From the NCBI GenBank assembly GCA_963667015.2, contig CAXXJJ010000001.1, forward strand, positions 64,001 to 128,000: 64,000 nucleotides of DNA. Direction: 5' to 3'. The notes beneath the pieces were generated by a model that saw only the letters and a list, made by a program, of their open reading frames with translations, made no database searches and was not told the origin of the DNA. The position numbers and the translations under genes were made by a program. Positions 1 to 9,654 of the stretch are shown here, piece after piece (position 1 is the stretch's first letter; every line of letters starts with the position of its first letter). The stretch is from Desulfatiglandales bacterium. Lineage in GTDB: Bacteria; Desulfobacterota; DSM-4660; Desulfatiglandales; HGW-15.

Positions 1-216
1 GTATCTGATTATTTGATAAATTCTGAAGACTTATACTAAAAAAATCAATACTTTTTTTAGAAATTGGAAAAAGAATGTTTCAATTGATACATGTAAGTTA
101 CATGAAAAAACACTGTTTCTACAGTTTTAGATATCAGTTTTCATACCAAAGTGAAAAAATAGCAAATTAATCCAATTTGATATTAATTAAGTAAATAATT
201 TGTAGCTTGTGCTGTT

Positions 217-1425
217 ATGTGGTATTTTATGGAAATGGAAACCACATCATACCAATACCGGATTAAGGTCATAAACAGAGTTGCAAGGGAAGGCCTGGTT
301 TTATTTGGTGACAAATACCAGGTCGATCCTGATGAGAAAATACCCCATGGCATAATAGTCAGGAGTTCAACCGTAGATACGGAGATGTACCCGGGCCTCC
401 TCGCGGTTGCCCGTGCCGGTGCAGGGGTGAACAATATTACTGTGGATAAGGCAACTGAAAGGGGTGTCTGTGTTTTTAATACGCCCGGGGCAAATGCAAA
501 CGCGGTTTCTGAGCTGGTTTTTACAATGCTGGGAATCTGGGTCCGGAACCTACAGCAGGGTATGAAATTCTGTGCGGATCTGGCGGGAAAAACCGACAGG
601 GATATCCATGAATCAGTTGAAAAGGAAAAAGCAGCTTTTAAGGGCGTTGAGCTCGCTGGCAAGACACTGGGTATTGTCGGGCTTGGAAAGATAGGCGTTA
701 CAGTAGCAAACAGCGGCCTGCACAGATACATGAACGTAATCGGTTTTGACCCCTATCCCTTGCTTGAAAATATTCATGTCCTTTCTCCAGGGGTTGAGCT
801 TGCACGCTCCATAGGAGAAGTGATTAAAAAGGCTGATATATTAAGTATTCATATACCCTTAAATAAAAAGACAGAGGGGTATATCAATGCGGAAAAGCTG
901 CGAGAGATGAAAAAGGGCGGAGTACTGATCAACTATGCAAGGGGGCCGATTGTTGATGAAAAGGCGGTTCTGGAATATCTGGAAAGCGGTCAGCTGGACG
1001 GATACATCACAGACTTTCCAAGTGCCGGGATTGTCGGGCACCCGCAGGTACTGATTTCTCCTCATCTTGGCGCAAGCACCGAGGAATCGGAAGAAAACTG
1101 TGCCACCATGGCTGCAAAGGAATTAATTGATTACCTGGAATTCGGCAATATCACCCATAGTGTTAATTTTCCAAACGTTGAGTCTATCCCCGGAGGAAAT
1201 GTCCATACACGGCTTATAATGATAAACAGGGATATCCCCGGAATGATAGGCTTTGCCACACGCCTTTTAGGGGAAAATAATATTAATATTATAAGTTACC
1301 TGAATGAGAGTAACGGAAATGTGGGATATAATATAATTGATCTTGAAACACCGGTCCCCTATGAAGTGGTGGCCGAGATAGAGGCAAACCCCGATGTGAT
1401 CAGGACAAGGACAATAAGCTATTAA
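217..1425 (+). CDS. serA: D-3-phosphoglycerate dehydrogenase (2-hydroxyacid dehydrogenase with C-terminal ACT domain)
   Basis: ARAGAGVNNI, NTPGANANAVSE, Rossmann GIVGLGKIG, INYARG, SPHLGAST motifs; ACT-like tail NRDIPGMIG. The true start may be ATG 229 or 235. Confidence 0.85.
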   Translation: MWYFMEMETTSYQYRIKVINRVAREGLVLFGDKYQVDPDEKIPHGIIVRSSTVDTEMYPGLLAVARAGAGVNNITVDKATERGVCVFNTPGANANAVSELVFTMLGIWVRNLQQGMKFCADLAGKTDRDIHESVEKEKAAFKGVELAGKTLGIVGLGKIGVTVANSGLHRYMNVIGFDPYPLLENIHVLSPGVELARSIGEVIKKADILSIHIPLNKKTEGYINAEKLREMKKGGVLINYARGPIVDEKAVLEYLESGQLDGYITDFPSAGIVGHPQVLISPHLGASTEESEENCATMAAKELIDYLEFGNITHSVNFPNVESIPGGNVHTRLIMINRDIPGMIGFATRLLGENNINIISYLNESNGNVGYNIIDLETPVPYEVVAEIEANPDVIRTRTISY

Positions 1426-1458
1426 GCTGAAAGATCGGGATATAAAAATTTAAAAACA

Positions 1459-1576
1459 TTTCTCTCACAGAGCCCACAGAGATCGCAGAGAAAAGCAAAT
1501 GCATTTTTAATATCTAAAAGTATTTTCTCTGTGTCCTCTGCGTGCTCTAGTGACCGTAGGGAGCGGGCGAGAGAAA
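1459..1576. repeat. Dispersed imperfect palindromic repeat (MITE/REP-like), copy 1
   Basis: Left arm TTTCTCTCACAGAGCCCACAGAGATCGCAGAGAAAA pairs with right arm TTTTCTCTGTGTCCTCTGCGTGCTCTAGTG...GAGAGAAA. The right arm recurs at 14112 and 61912. Confidence 0.8.
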
Positions 1577-1586
1577 ACGCAGCTTT

Positions 1587-2288
1587 TTATTTCTTTTCGA
1601 CATATTCCAATATCGCATTCAAAAGAGAGGCACTGTAGCTCACCTGCCTGTAAGCCTCTTCCTCTGTCATCATCCTGTTTTCATCTACCAGCCTGAAGCC
1701 AAGCTGCATGGATATATTTGCTATTATAGCTATCTCCCTTACCAAATCATCTTCTGAATTTATTGATATTTTTTTTATCTCTATTTTTGAGTAATTATCC
1801 AGGATTTCTCTATCGATAGTTCCATCCATCGTCATGTGATACTTTTTATTGAATTCATTGAATTCAATATTGTGAAGAGGCATGGACAGGTCTCCCACAT
1901 AATGAACACAATAGGCCATTTGATCTTCAGGATACCTGCCTTCCTTTTTATCATCTATGTATTTCCTGATGGAGGCAACAATGGCGCCATAAAGATGACC
2001 GTCCCGGTCATTCGGGTCATTGTATTTTTCTGCCTGACTTAGTATCATTTCAGCTGTAACGACTTGGCCCTTGTGATTGTTTACATAATGATTGAACTTT
2101 TCCATATCGCCAGCCTTGACTTTGGCGATATCGGCCGCTGCAGCATTGTACCAGTTTCTGTAACCGGCGGCCTTTGCGACGGCAAGATGAGTTTTAGTAA
2201 ACCACGCAGAAGCCGATCCACTAAAAAAAATCATAATTAAAATCTGCAATAGAAGGTTAATACATAGCTTTTTATTTATAGCTGTCAT
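1587..2288 (-). CDS. Secreted S1/P1 nuclease / zinc-dependent phospholipase C-fold protein
   Basis: Signal peptide ending ASA, then W-x3-TH (WFTKTH); HYVGDLSMPLH and a later H-x3-D zinc-ligand motif. Confidence 0.7.
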   Translation of the reverse strand: MTAINKKLCINLLLQILIMIFFSGSASAWFTKTHLAVAKAAGYRNWYNAAAADIAKVKAGDMEKFNHYVNNHKGQVVTAEMILSQAEKYNDPNDRDGHLYGAIVASIRKYIDDKKEGRYPEDQMAYCVHYVGDLSMPLHNIEFNEFNKKYHMTMDGTIDREILDNYSKIEIKKISINSEDDLVREIAIIANISMQLGFRLVDENRMMTEEEAYRQVSYSASLLNAILEYVEKK

Positions 2289-2354
2289 ACAGATCTCCGT
2301 TAAAGTTTAAAAATATAGTTTGTAGGGGCGATGTACTGCTGAGTTAAAACGTAA

Positions 2355-5285
2355 TCAGAAATTAATGAGCTCAATAAGTTCTTCTCTTGAAAAACTTTTT
2401 AACAGGCCCGGGTCATCTTCCCTGACAACACTGTCCATTAAATCTTTTTTCCTGCTGATAATAGCAGAAATCTTTTCTTCCAGGGTTCCTTTAGTAACAA
2501 GCTTGAAAACCTGCACCCCCCGCTTTTGACCTATTCTGTGAACACGGTCTGTTGCCTGGTCTTCCTTTGCTGCATTCCACCATCTATCGTAATGTATTAC
2601 AACCGAGGCTGCGATAAGGTCTATCCCTACACCTCCTGCCTTGAGGCTTCCAATAAAAACCCTGCAGTCAGAATCCTCGCTGAATCTTTTTATAATTTCT
2701 CCCCGGTTTCTGCTTTTTCCTGTGAGGGAAACAAAATCTGTACCGGATTTTTTCAGATGTTGTTCCATGATATTTATCATGTCAAGATACTGGCTGTACA
2801 CAACCACCTTCTGGCCGTTGTCAATGCTTTCACTCAAGATCTCCTTAAAGAGTTCCCATTTACCGGATTCATATTCTTCATATTTTTCAGGGCTTTTTTC
2901 AACAAGAGCTGGGTGGTTACATATCTGTTTAAGGAGATTAAGAAGTGCAAATATATGAATATATGGAACGGGCTGCGCCTCTTTCTTCAAGGTCTCAAGG
3001 AGACCCTGGCCTCTTGATCTAATTGCCTCCTTGTAGAGTTTTATCTGATCAGCACTGAGAGAACAGCTCAGAACATCCTCGATTTTTTCAGGGAGCTCGT
3101 GCAGCACGCTTTTTTTCAGCCGGCGAAGAATGAATGGTGAGATAACCCTTGCGAGTTCCTCCTGTTTTTCCTGGCTTCCATGTTCCTGTATGGGCTTAAT
3201 GTAGCCTGACGAAAAATCCCTGTCAGCGCCCAGGTAACCGGTTATGGTAAGATCAAACAATGCCTTGAGCTCTTCCAGCCTGTTTTCTATGGGTGTTCCG
3301 GTCAGGCCGATCTTCATGTTCGAGTCTATATCACGGGCCGCCCTGTAAGCCTTTGTATCGGGGTTTTTGATGTGCTGTACTTCATCAAATACGGCAACAG
3401 GAAATTGCGTCTCTTTCAGTTTTTCAATATCCCTGGTTAATATCCCATATGAAGTAAGTATCAGATTTCCCTTTTTCAGTGCCTTTTCAAGATTTCGATC
3501 CCCGCCATGATATATCAGCCCCTTTAGAGATGGCGCATGTTCCCGGATCTTCATCTCCCAGTGACTCAGCACTGTCATGGGGCATACAACAAGAAATGGC
3601 GCTGTTATTTTCTGATGTTCTCTTAATGTGAGTAAAAAGGCCATTATCTGATGAGTCTTTCCAAGTCCCATGTCATCACACAGAAGACCGCCGAAAAGAT
3701 TCTCAAACAGATAATAGAGCCATTCTGTTCCAAGTTTCTGGTATCCTCTGAGGGTTGATTTTAATCCTACGGGCACAGGTACAGGCCCTGATGGTTTGAG
3801 ATCCAGTATATTTTTAAGCAGATCAATGTTTTCTGCTTCATTGCCGGTAATATTAAAGTTTCTGCTGACTGTTTTAAGGCGAATCATATCCAGCCTTGTC
3901 AGCTTTAGACTACCTGAATCGCTTGAAATATCTAAATCCCTAAAAAAATCTGCAATTTTTCGTATATCCGGAGATCTTGTATCTACCCAGCCATTGTCTG
4001 TCTCTATATATCGCTGTCCGTTTTTAACTGCCTGCAGGATGCTGTTAAGAGAAAGGTCATTGTTTCCAAAACGGTAGCTCATTGAAATGCAGCACCAGTC
4101 GCGGTCAATGGCCTCAGGTATTATATCTATCCTTTCATATTCCTTTAGTATCTTAACTGCCCTGACATCATGTGAAAGGATATCTGATTCGGCAGCGGGC
4201 GAACGTTCTTTTTCATCTGCAAAATCCGGAACCTGATATTTTTTAAGGGCCATTCGTAAAGGCGCCTTGAATTTTCTTTCCTTTCCGGGTTTTTCAAGCT
4301 CAGCTATTATACCAAGTTCGGGGATATATATGAGGTCATCATATTTAAAACGATCTATTTCCTCACCCTTTATAAAACCTGATTCTCCCTTCTTTTGAAG
4401 ACTTTCAATCTGCGGACGCAGTTCAAGATCAAGCTCGGTACTGCTTGTTATATTAAAGATAGATTTAAGCGGCACAGGTTGTATGGGCAGGCCGTGCTGG
4501 TTCAGTAAATGGTCTTTGAATGAGGTTATGAACCTCCTGACAATCTTTTTAGGGACGATATACCTGAAGACAGGTATATCATCTTTATTACAGCATGTAA
4601 CCGTGAAGTCGCCCGAGCCTTTATCAATGGCAGGACTAAAGGTGAAAGAATCATTTCCCAGTTCCCTGAATGCATGATAGGCAAAACGAAACCAGAAGCT
4701 TTCTTCCAGCATATGCCCTCGTGTCTTGAAACCCTGCTCCAGGAGCATCCATGCGTTTTTTGTCATGGATTGATGATACAGGTTGCTTAGAACAGTATTT
4801 CTGGCGGGAATGATTTCTCCTTCCGTATTTTGAGGCCTTCCAATGCAGCGTTCTATGAACCTTTCCGAATCATTATCCCGGGAAAAATAACGTAACAGTT
4901 CATTTTCTTTAGCATCCACTACAAGAAGGATAATATCTCCGGATTTTCCCCGAAGCTTTTTAATGCTGATATTATTAAGGGAGGTATTGTTTCCCTCAAT
5001 AAGCACTGAGGCAAGCCTGTACCAGATGCCTGACCTGAAAAGTTCATCAAAATGTTCTCTTGAAAGAATCGGGGAGATTTCTTTCAGCTCCTGCATATGG
5101 CTGCAAACGCCCTCTTGCAGAAGCATACAGGAGCAGAATATTTTTTCAGAGGAATTGTCTTCCTTCTTTATAAAAAAGGCGACACCCGGGCTTTTATCGG
5201 ATTGTGCAGGTAAAAGAGCCATTGAATTTCTATGAAATTCGACTCGTTCGAGCAATCCGCTTATATCAGAATTTAATGAGGGCAT
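2355..5285 (-). CDS. SNF2-family DEAD/DEAH-box ATPase with N-terminal SWIM zinc finger
   Basis: CSC-x7-CSH near the N-terminus; LCDDMGLGKT, FDEVQHIKN, LTGTPIEN, AGGVGIDL, QATDRVHRIGQ motifs. Confidence 0.9.
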   Translation of the reverse strand: MPSLNSDISGLLERVEFHRNSMALLPAQSDKSPGVAFFIKKEDNSSEKIFCSCMLLQEGVCSHMQELKEISPILSREHFDELFRSGIWYRLASVLIEGNNTSLNNISIKKLRGKSGDIILLVVDAKENELLRYFSRDNDSERFIERCIGRPQNTEGEIIPARNTVLSNLYHQSMTKNAWMLLEQGFKTRGHMLEESFWFRFAYHAFRELGNDSFTFSPAIDKGSGDFTVTCCNKDDIPVFRYIVPKKIVRRFITSFKDHLLNQHGLPIQPVPLKSIFNITSSTELDLELRPQIESLQKKGESGFIKGEEIDRFKYDDLIYIPELGIIAELEKPGKERKFKAPLRMALKKYQVPDFADEKERSPAAESDILSHDVRAVKILKEYERIDIIPEAIDRDWCCISMSYRFGNNDLSLNSILQAVKNGQRYIETDNGWVDTRSPDIRKIADFFRDLDISSDSGSLKLTRLDMIRLKTVSRNFNITGNEAENIDLLKNILDLKPSGPVPVPVGLKSTLRGYQKLGTEWLYYLFENLFGGLLCDDMGLGKTHQIMAFLLTLREHQKITAPFLVVCPMTVLSHWEMKIREHAPSLKGLIYHGGDRNLEKALKKGNLILTSYGILTRDIEKLKETQFPVAVFDEVQHIKNPDTKAYRAARDIDSNMKIGLTGTPIENRLEELKALFDLTITGYLGADRDFSSGYIKPIQEHGSQEKQEELARVISPFILRRLKKSVLHELPEKIEDVLSCSLSADQIKLYKEAIRSRGQGLLETLKKEAQPVPYIHIFALLNLLKQICNHPALVEKSPEKYEEYESGKWELFKEILSESIDNGQKVVVYSQYLDMINIMEQHLKKSGTDFVSLTGKSRNRGEIIKRFSEDSDCRVFIGSLKAGGVGIDLIAASVVIHYDRWWNAAKEDQATDRVHRIGQKRGVQVFKLVTKGTLEEKISAIISRKKDLMDSVVREDDPGLLKSFSREELIELINF

Positions 5286-5431
5286 GTTATATGGTTTTGT
5301 TTAATATTTTTAATTCTACCAAAATATGGCATAAAGACTGTAATTGTTTTGTGAAAGAGGGATTCTTTATAATATATTCCCTCTTTGTGCAACAGGTAGA
5401 TTGGAAAATTATGTGGAATATAAGGCTATAT

Positions 5432-5962
5432 ATGGAAAATATAATGAACGGGGAAATAAAATCGAAGTCTCTTTTACCCAGAAAGCTTGAGAATGGCCAG
5501 GAGGGAATAGATATCCTGAAGGTTCTGGATAGTCATTTAAGGCCGGTAACGCATTGGAATAATCTGGTTTTACCTTCATTCCGGATTTCTGAAGCAATAA
5601 TAAATTCCCTTTATTCATCCAGAAGAACAGGCAAATTGATACGGGGCTTTGAAGATTCGGAGAAAAAACTGAATGCAGAAAGAAAAGGGATTGCAGATGT
5701 TGATATTAAAACAGGCGCCGAAAGAAAGGAACGCATTTCCCGGCTGATTATTATTACAAATGACGGAAGTGAACGGTTTTACCGCCAGACAAAACGGCTT
5801 GTTGAACAGAACAGGCCGAGGGTCCTGGCAATACACCTGGACATTACCTCCTTTGAACTTGGCGAAAGGCTATTCGGCCCGGGAAAAAGGGTGCTTTTTC
5901 TACTCATCAATCATAAAGACGCTGTTATTGATTTTTTGACTTCCCTTGTAAAAAACCACTAA
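5432..5962 (+). CDS. Hypothetical protein with L7Ae/L30e (YlxQ-like) RNA-binding fold features
   Basis: GKLIRGFE...RLIIITNDGSERF...TSFELGERL..RVLFLLINH pattern resembles L7Ae. The ORF-track start at 5204 overlaps the SNF2 gene, so the start is more likely 5432 or 5444. Confidence 0.5.
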   Translation: MENIMNGEIKSKSLLPRKLENGQEGIDILKVLDSHLRPVTHWNNLVLPSFRISEAIINSLYSSRRTGKLIRGFEDSEKKLNAERKGIADVDIKTGAERKERISRLIIITNDGSERFYRQTKRLVEQNRPRVLAIHLDITSFELGERLFGPGKRVLFLLINHKDAVIDFLTSLVKNH

Positions 5963-5983
5963 AGGACATGGTCAATTTTACCG

Positions 5984-6847
5984 ATGCCCTTCTATGAAAA
6001 TTTTTTTCAGGCATCAAAGAATTATAGATTGTTGAGTATTGACAGAATGAATGTTTTTAGAAGTAATTGCAGTACCCGTAATTGTTTAGCAGTTCGGTCC
6101 TTTATTTTATTTTTACTGTTCTTTTCAGGATTTTCTTTTCCGGCAGAGAGTCTTCCGTCCCGGCCGTCAGAAAATGTGTACAGCAGGCAGAATATTTTTG
6201 TTGAAAAATTTTTTCTGAATATTGACAATGGATTAATAACTCTCATTGCAAGAAGCAACCCTCTTGGACCGATATTGGAAGAAATCAGCAGAAGATCAGG
6301 TGAAAAAATTATAGTCAGCCCCGGTCTCAGGTCAAAGAAGATAAATGCCAGATGGAAAGATCTTCCTCTTGAAGAAGGTCTTAAAAAGATTGCCGAGGAG
6401 TCAGGCCTGTTATCCGGAAGGGATGAAACCGGTAATATATATTTATCAGAATTCCGTGATTTTTCTAAAAACAGGGGGCAGGCTGTTATCAGTCCGAAAA
6501 ACAACAATATACCGGTACTCTCAAAAAATGAGAGTCTGGCAGATCCTTCAGGCATTCATCCAGTAGACGGTGTTTCGACCGGGGAGATTCTTTCTCAGAA
6601 TAAAGATTCAGGAAATGTTGCCCTGCTGAATGAAATGGTTATACGCTTTAAGCCGGATATTGCAGAGCAGGATATTACTCAGATTCTTGCGGATGCAAAT
6701 ATTAAGATAAAGAAATATATTGCACCTCTCAAATGCCATATTCTTTCCCTTCCTGATGGAATGACCTCCTATGATGCCATGGTGCTGTTCAAGAATAAAA
6801 AGATGCTGTATCAGGCAGAGCCTGATTACCTTATAACTGTTAAATAG
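5984..6847 (+). CDS. Exported protein: STN/secretin-N0-like domain plus C-terminal subtilase (S8) pro-domain-like module, no protease domain
   Basis: Hydrophobic N-terminal segment; ITLIARSNPLGPILEEISRRSG..INARWKDLPLEEGLKKI (STN-like); NEMVIRFKPD...YQAEPDYLIT at the very end (pro-domain-like). Confidence 0.55.
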   Translation: MPFYENFFQASKNYRLLSIDRMNVFRSNCSTRNCLAVRSFILFLLFFSGFSFPAESLPSRPSENVYSRQNIFVEKFFLNIDNGLITLIARSNPLGPILEEISRRSGEKIIVSPGLRSKKINARWKDLPLEEGLKKIAEESGLLSGRDETGNIYLSEFRDFSKNRGQAVISPKNNNIPVLSKNESLADPSGIHPVDGVSTGEILSQNKDSGNVALLNEMVIRFKPDIAEQDITQILADANIKIKKYIAPLKCHILSLPDGMTSYDAMVLFKNKKMLYQAEPDYLITVK

Positions 6848-6857
6848 CCAATGGAAA

Positions 6858-7274
6858 ATGAATAAAACCATAATCCTCATCATTCTTCTGCTAAGTATTT
6901 CTCTTGTTTCAGAAGCCGGACCATCTCTTCCTGCGAGGATTGGCGGTTCTGTTACTGTTGACGGGCTTGAACTGACCCATGCGACCTCTGACGGATATGT
7001 TTTCAGTGTCACGGGAAAAGACGGAAAGGTTCTTACTCCCCCTGCAGAAGACAGGGATGGCCTTAACAAAAGAAGAAAATATATTATTGATATTCCGATT
7101 CATGATCCGGCAGGTCAGCCGGAAGGTGCCAGGCCTGGAAGCACGGCCACTATTCATGTTTTTTTTAAGGGTGTTGAGTTGAGAGTTGTAAAACCCTTCC
7201 GCGGGGAATTCGTAGTCGGAAAGGAAGGAACAATAACTCCTGTTGATCTTGTTGTAATAGACAAAAATAAATAG
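6858..7274 (+). CDS. Small secreted beta-rich protein, paralogous to the N-terminal domain of 7374..9614
   Basis: Signal peptide; LPARIGGSVTVDG..DGY..PAED..G..IPIHD..QPEGA aligns by eye with MPANIYGSVSVDG..DGY..AAED..G..IPKYD..QPEGA. Confidence 0.7.
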   Translation: MNKTIILIILLLSISLVSEAGPSLPARIGGSVTVDGLELTHATSDGYVFSVTGKDGKVLTPPAEDRDGLNKRRKYIIDIPIHDPAGQPEGARPGSTATIHVFFKGVELRVVKPFRGEFVVGKEGTITPVDLVVIDKNK

Positions 7275-7306
7275 AAAAGGGGCGGAGAATTCTCCGTCCC
7301 TTTTTT
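7275..7306. terminator. Bidirectional rho-independent terminator
   Basis: AAAAGGGGCGGAG-AATT-CTCCGTCCCTTTTTT between convergent genes. Confidence 0.8.
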
Positions 7307-7373
7307 ACTTAATGTTAATTATCGGTTCTTAATCTCTACAATATTCTGCAAAACCGGATATCACACTGTTTAA

Positions 7374-9614
7374 TTATTCCTGAACGGATTCTTCGCCCGG
7401 TTCATCTTCAAAGTTTACCCTGTGCGGAGCTACTGCCTTTCCCTGTTGTTCCAGGGCCTTAAATTCTTCAATACTTATTGTAGTATCGGCATAGGCATCA
7501 GTTTTAAGTTTTTCAGCTCCAACTATATCCAGGTAGTATTCTGCAATTTTTCCAAGCACTGGAAATGAATATGTGCCGACCCGGTACAGGATGCCATCTT
7601 TATTGCTCTCTGCCTTTTGTTCAAAAAATTCAAAACCACGCCTTATAAATGATGCAATATTTGGGGCAAAGCCTTCAACATGTGTCTGTGCACCCTTCAG
7701 GGCTTTATATGCATTGGTAACCGGCATATATACCCCTGTCCCATCAGATCTGTTACCATCGTAATGGTAGCCGAGAACATCTCTGATACTTATTTCACCA
7801 AATATTCCACCGCCGCCACCGCCGCCGCCACCATCGCTATCATCGTCGTCACTATCGTCAGGGGCAGCAGTAAAATTTGGAGTAACGGTCTTGTCTTCAT
7901 CCATTGTAATAGTTGTTGAGCGAGATGATGAATTTGCTACATCGCCGGTCCAGCTGGAAAATACATACCCGCTGCCGGGGTTTGCTGTGATTGAAACTAC
8001 CGCACCTTCTCCATATTCATGGTCTCCCGCTACAGGAGTGGTTGTGCCGTTACCAGAGGTTCCCATAGTAAGGGTGTAGGAGATTTCAACAAAATTCGCT
8101 GTAACGGACTTGTCCTCATCCATTGTAACGGTTGTTGATTGAGCATCAGGATCTTCTATGCCTTCACTACCGGTCCAGTTTACAAAATAATATCCTTCTT
8201 CCGGTGTCGCATTAATTGGCACTATCTCGTCACATGTCCGGTCGGTTTCTCCGGACGGGGTTGTGCTTCCCATCAAGGAGTCATTAACTGCCATGGTGAG
8301 AGTTGTTCTGCATTCAAAAAAGGTTGCTCCAATAGTTTTATCATCGTCCATCGTAATGGTGGTCGGTGACACGGAACCTGTAAGGTCTCCGGACCATTCT
8401 AAGAACAGATAATATGGATCCGGTGAGGCTGTCACTGTAACTACTGCATTTTCACCATACACATTGCCTGCTGAAGTCGGATTAAGAGAAATTGTTCCAT
8501 TGCTGGGGGACTGGACATCTAGTGTATAGGTTATAGCAGTAAAATTTGCAGTGACGGACTTGTCCTCATCCATTGTAACGGTTGTTGTTGCAGATGTGGA
8601 ATCTTCTACGTCACCTGTCCAACCGACAAAATAATATCCATCTTCCGGTGTTGCAGTTATCGTTACATCAGAGCCGCATGACTGGTCGGTTTCTCCGGAC
8701 GGGGTTGTGCTTCCCATCAAGGAGTCATTAACTTCCATGGTGAGTTTTTTTGTGCATTCAACAAAGGTTGCTCCAATAGTTTTATCATCGTCCATTGTAA
8801 TGGTTGTTGGTGATACTGAGCCTGTGAGGTCGCCAGTCCAGCCGGTAAACAGGTAATTTGAAGCAGGTACAGCCGTTACTGTAACAACCGAATCTTCACC
8901 ATACACATTGCCTGTTGAAGCAGGGTTGAGGACGATTGTTCCATTGCTGGGGTCTTCTACTGTCAGGGTATAGGTTGTTGCTGTAAAGTTTGCTGTAACC
9001 GTCTGGTCATCATCCATGATAATGGTTGTTGTGGCAGAATGGGCGTCTGTTACATCTCCTGTCCAGCTATCAAAGACATAGTAGATATCTGGTTCTGCTT
9101 TAAGGGTAACCTCTGTTCCATAGGCATAGGTATTATCTGCTGATGAAGGGCTGGCAGTGATTGAACCGTTATCAGGTTCCTGTATGGTTAATTCTTTCGG
9201 GCTGTATGCAACCAAATCGATGCGGATTTGTGAACCGTCTGCACCAACTCCACCGGGGATAAGCCCATCTGTTGGTGAAGTAATGGTAAGTTCAGTGTCT
9301 CCAATATATAAATGAATTATTGCCACTTCACCAGTGGTTGCTCCCTCGGGTTGTTCTGTCGCATCATATTTGGGAATATTTAAGCTATAGCCGGATGTAA
9401 ATCCGTTTGTATCCTCAGCTGCAGGAATATATGCTGTACCATCCTCTTTTGTTACGACAACGGTATAACCATCATCGTTAGCAGAAGTAATCGCTTCACC
9501 ATCAACGGAAACTGACCCATAAATGTTTGCAGGCATAGGTGGAACCGCCCAGGATAAAGATGGTGTCATAAGTAGAAATGTTAAAAAAGAAACCAAATAT
9601 AAAAATTTTTTCAT
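7374..9614 (-). CDS. Secreted surface protein with six divergent InlB B-repeat (Flg_new-like) domains
   Basis: Signal peptide; six repeats of YTLT...G.....VTITA.P..GY.F.GWTGD......T.TMD.DK.V.ANF; acidic/poly-Gly linker before a C-terminal domain. Confidence 0.8.
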   Translation of the reverse strand: MKKFLYLVSFLTFLLMTPSLSWAVPPMPANIYGSVSVDGEAITSANDDGYTVVVTKEDGTAYIPAAEDTNGFTSGYSLNIPKYDATEQPEGATTGEVAIIHLYIGDTELTITSPTDGLIPGGVGADGSQIRIDLVAYSPKELTIQEPDNGSITASPSSADNTYAYGTEVTLKAEPDIYYVFDSWTGDVTDAHSATTTIIMDDDQTVTANFTATTYTLTVEDPSNGTIVLNPASTGNVYGEDSVVTVTAVPASNYLFTGWTGDLTGSVSPTTITMDDDKTIGATFVECTKKLTMEVNDSLMGSTTPSGETDQSCGSDVTITATPEDGYYFVGWTGDVEDSTSATTTVTMDEDKSVTANFTAITYTLDVQSPSNGTISLNPTSAGNVYGENAVVTVTASPDPYYLFLEWSGDLTGSVSPTTITMDDDKTIGATFFECRTTLTMAVNDSLMGSTTPSGETDRTCDEIVPINATPEEGYYFVNWTGSEGIEDPDAQSTTVTMDEDKSVTANFVEISYTLTMGTSGNGTTTPVAGDHEYGEGAVVSITANPGSGYVFSSWTGDVANSSSRSTTITMDEDKTVTPNFTAAPDDSDDDDSDGGGGGGGGGIFGEISIRDVLGYHYDGNRSDGTGVYMPVTNAYKALKGAQTHVEGFAPNIASFIRRGFEFFEQKAESNKDGILYRVGTYSFPVLGKIAEYYLDIVGAEKLKTDAYADTTISIEEFKALEQQGKAVAPHRVNFEDEPGEESVQE

Positions 9615-9654
9615 TAAAAAGCCTCCTGAAAAAGAGAATTAATATTTTAGTTAT

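Noticed and set aside
183..731. Long antisense ORFs (e.g. 183..731, 6022..6555, 14511..15164, 33986..34471, 55363..55878, 62726..63304)
   Set aside because: They shadow well-supported genes on the opposite strand and have no recognisable motifs.
2320..2335. REP copy TTGTAGGGGCGATG
   Set aside because: Only the 5' half matches; there is no complementary arm, so at most a remnant.
2355..5285. SNF2 as part of a DISARM/BREX-like defence island
   Set aside because: No methylase or other defence genes adjacent; the neighbouring nuclease has a signal peptide.
7860..9180. CRISPR array or DGR-type repeat
   Set aside because: The repeats are in-frame protein domain repeats; there is no spacer structure, no reverse transcriptase and no evident adenine-specific variation.
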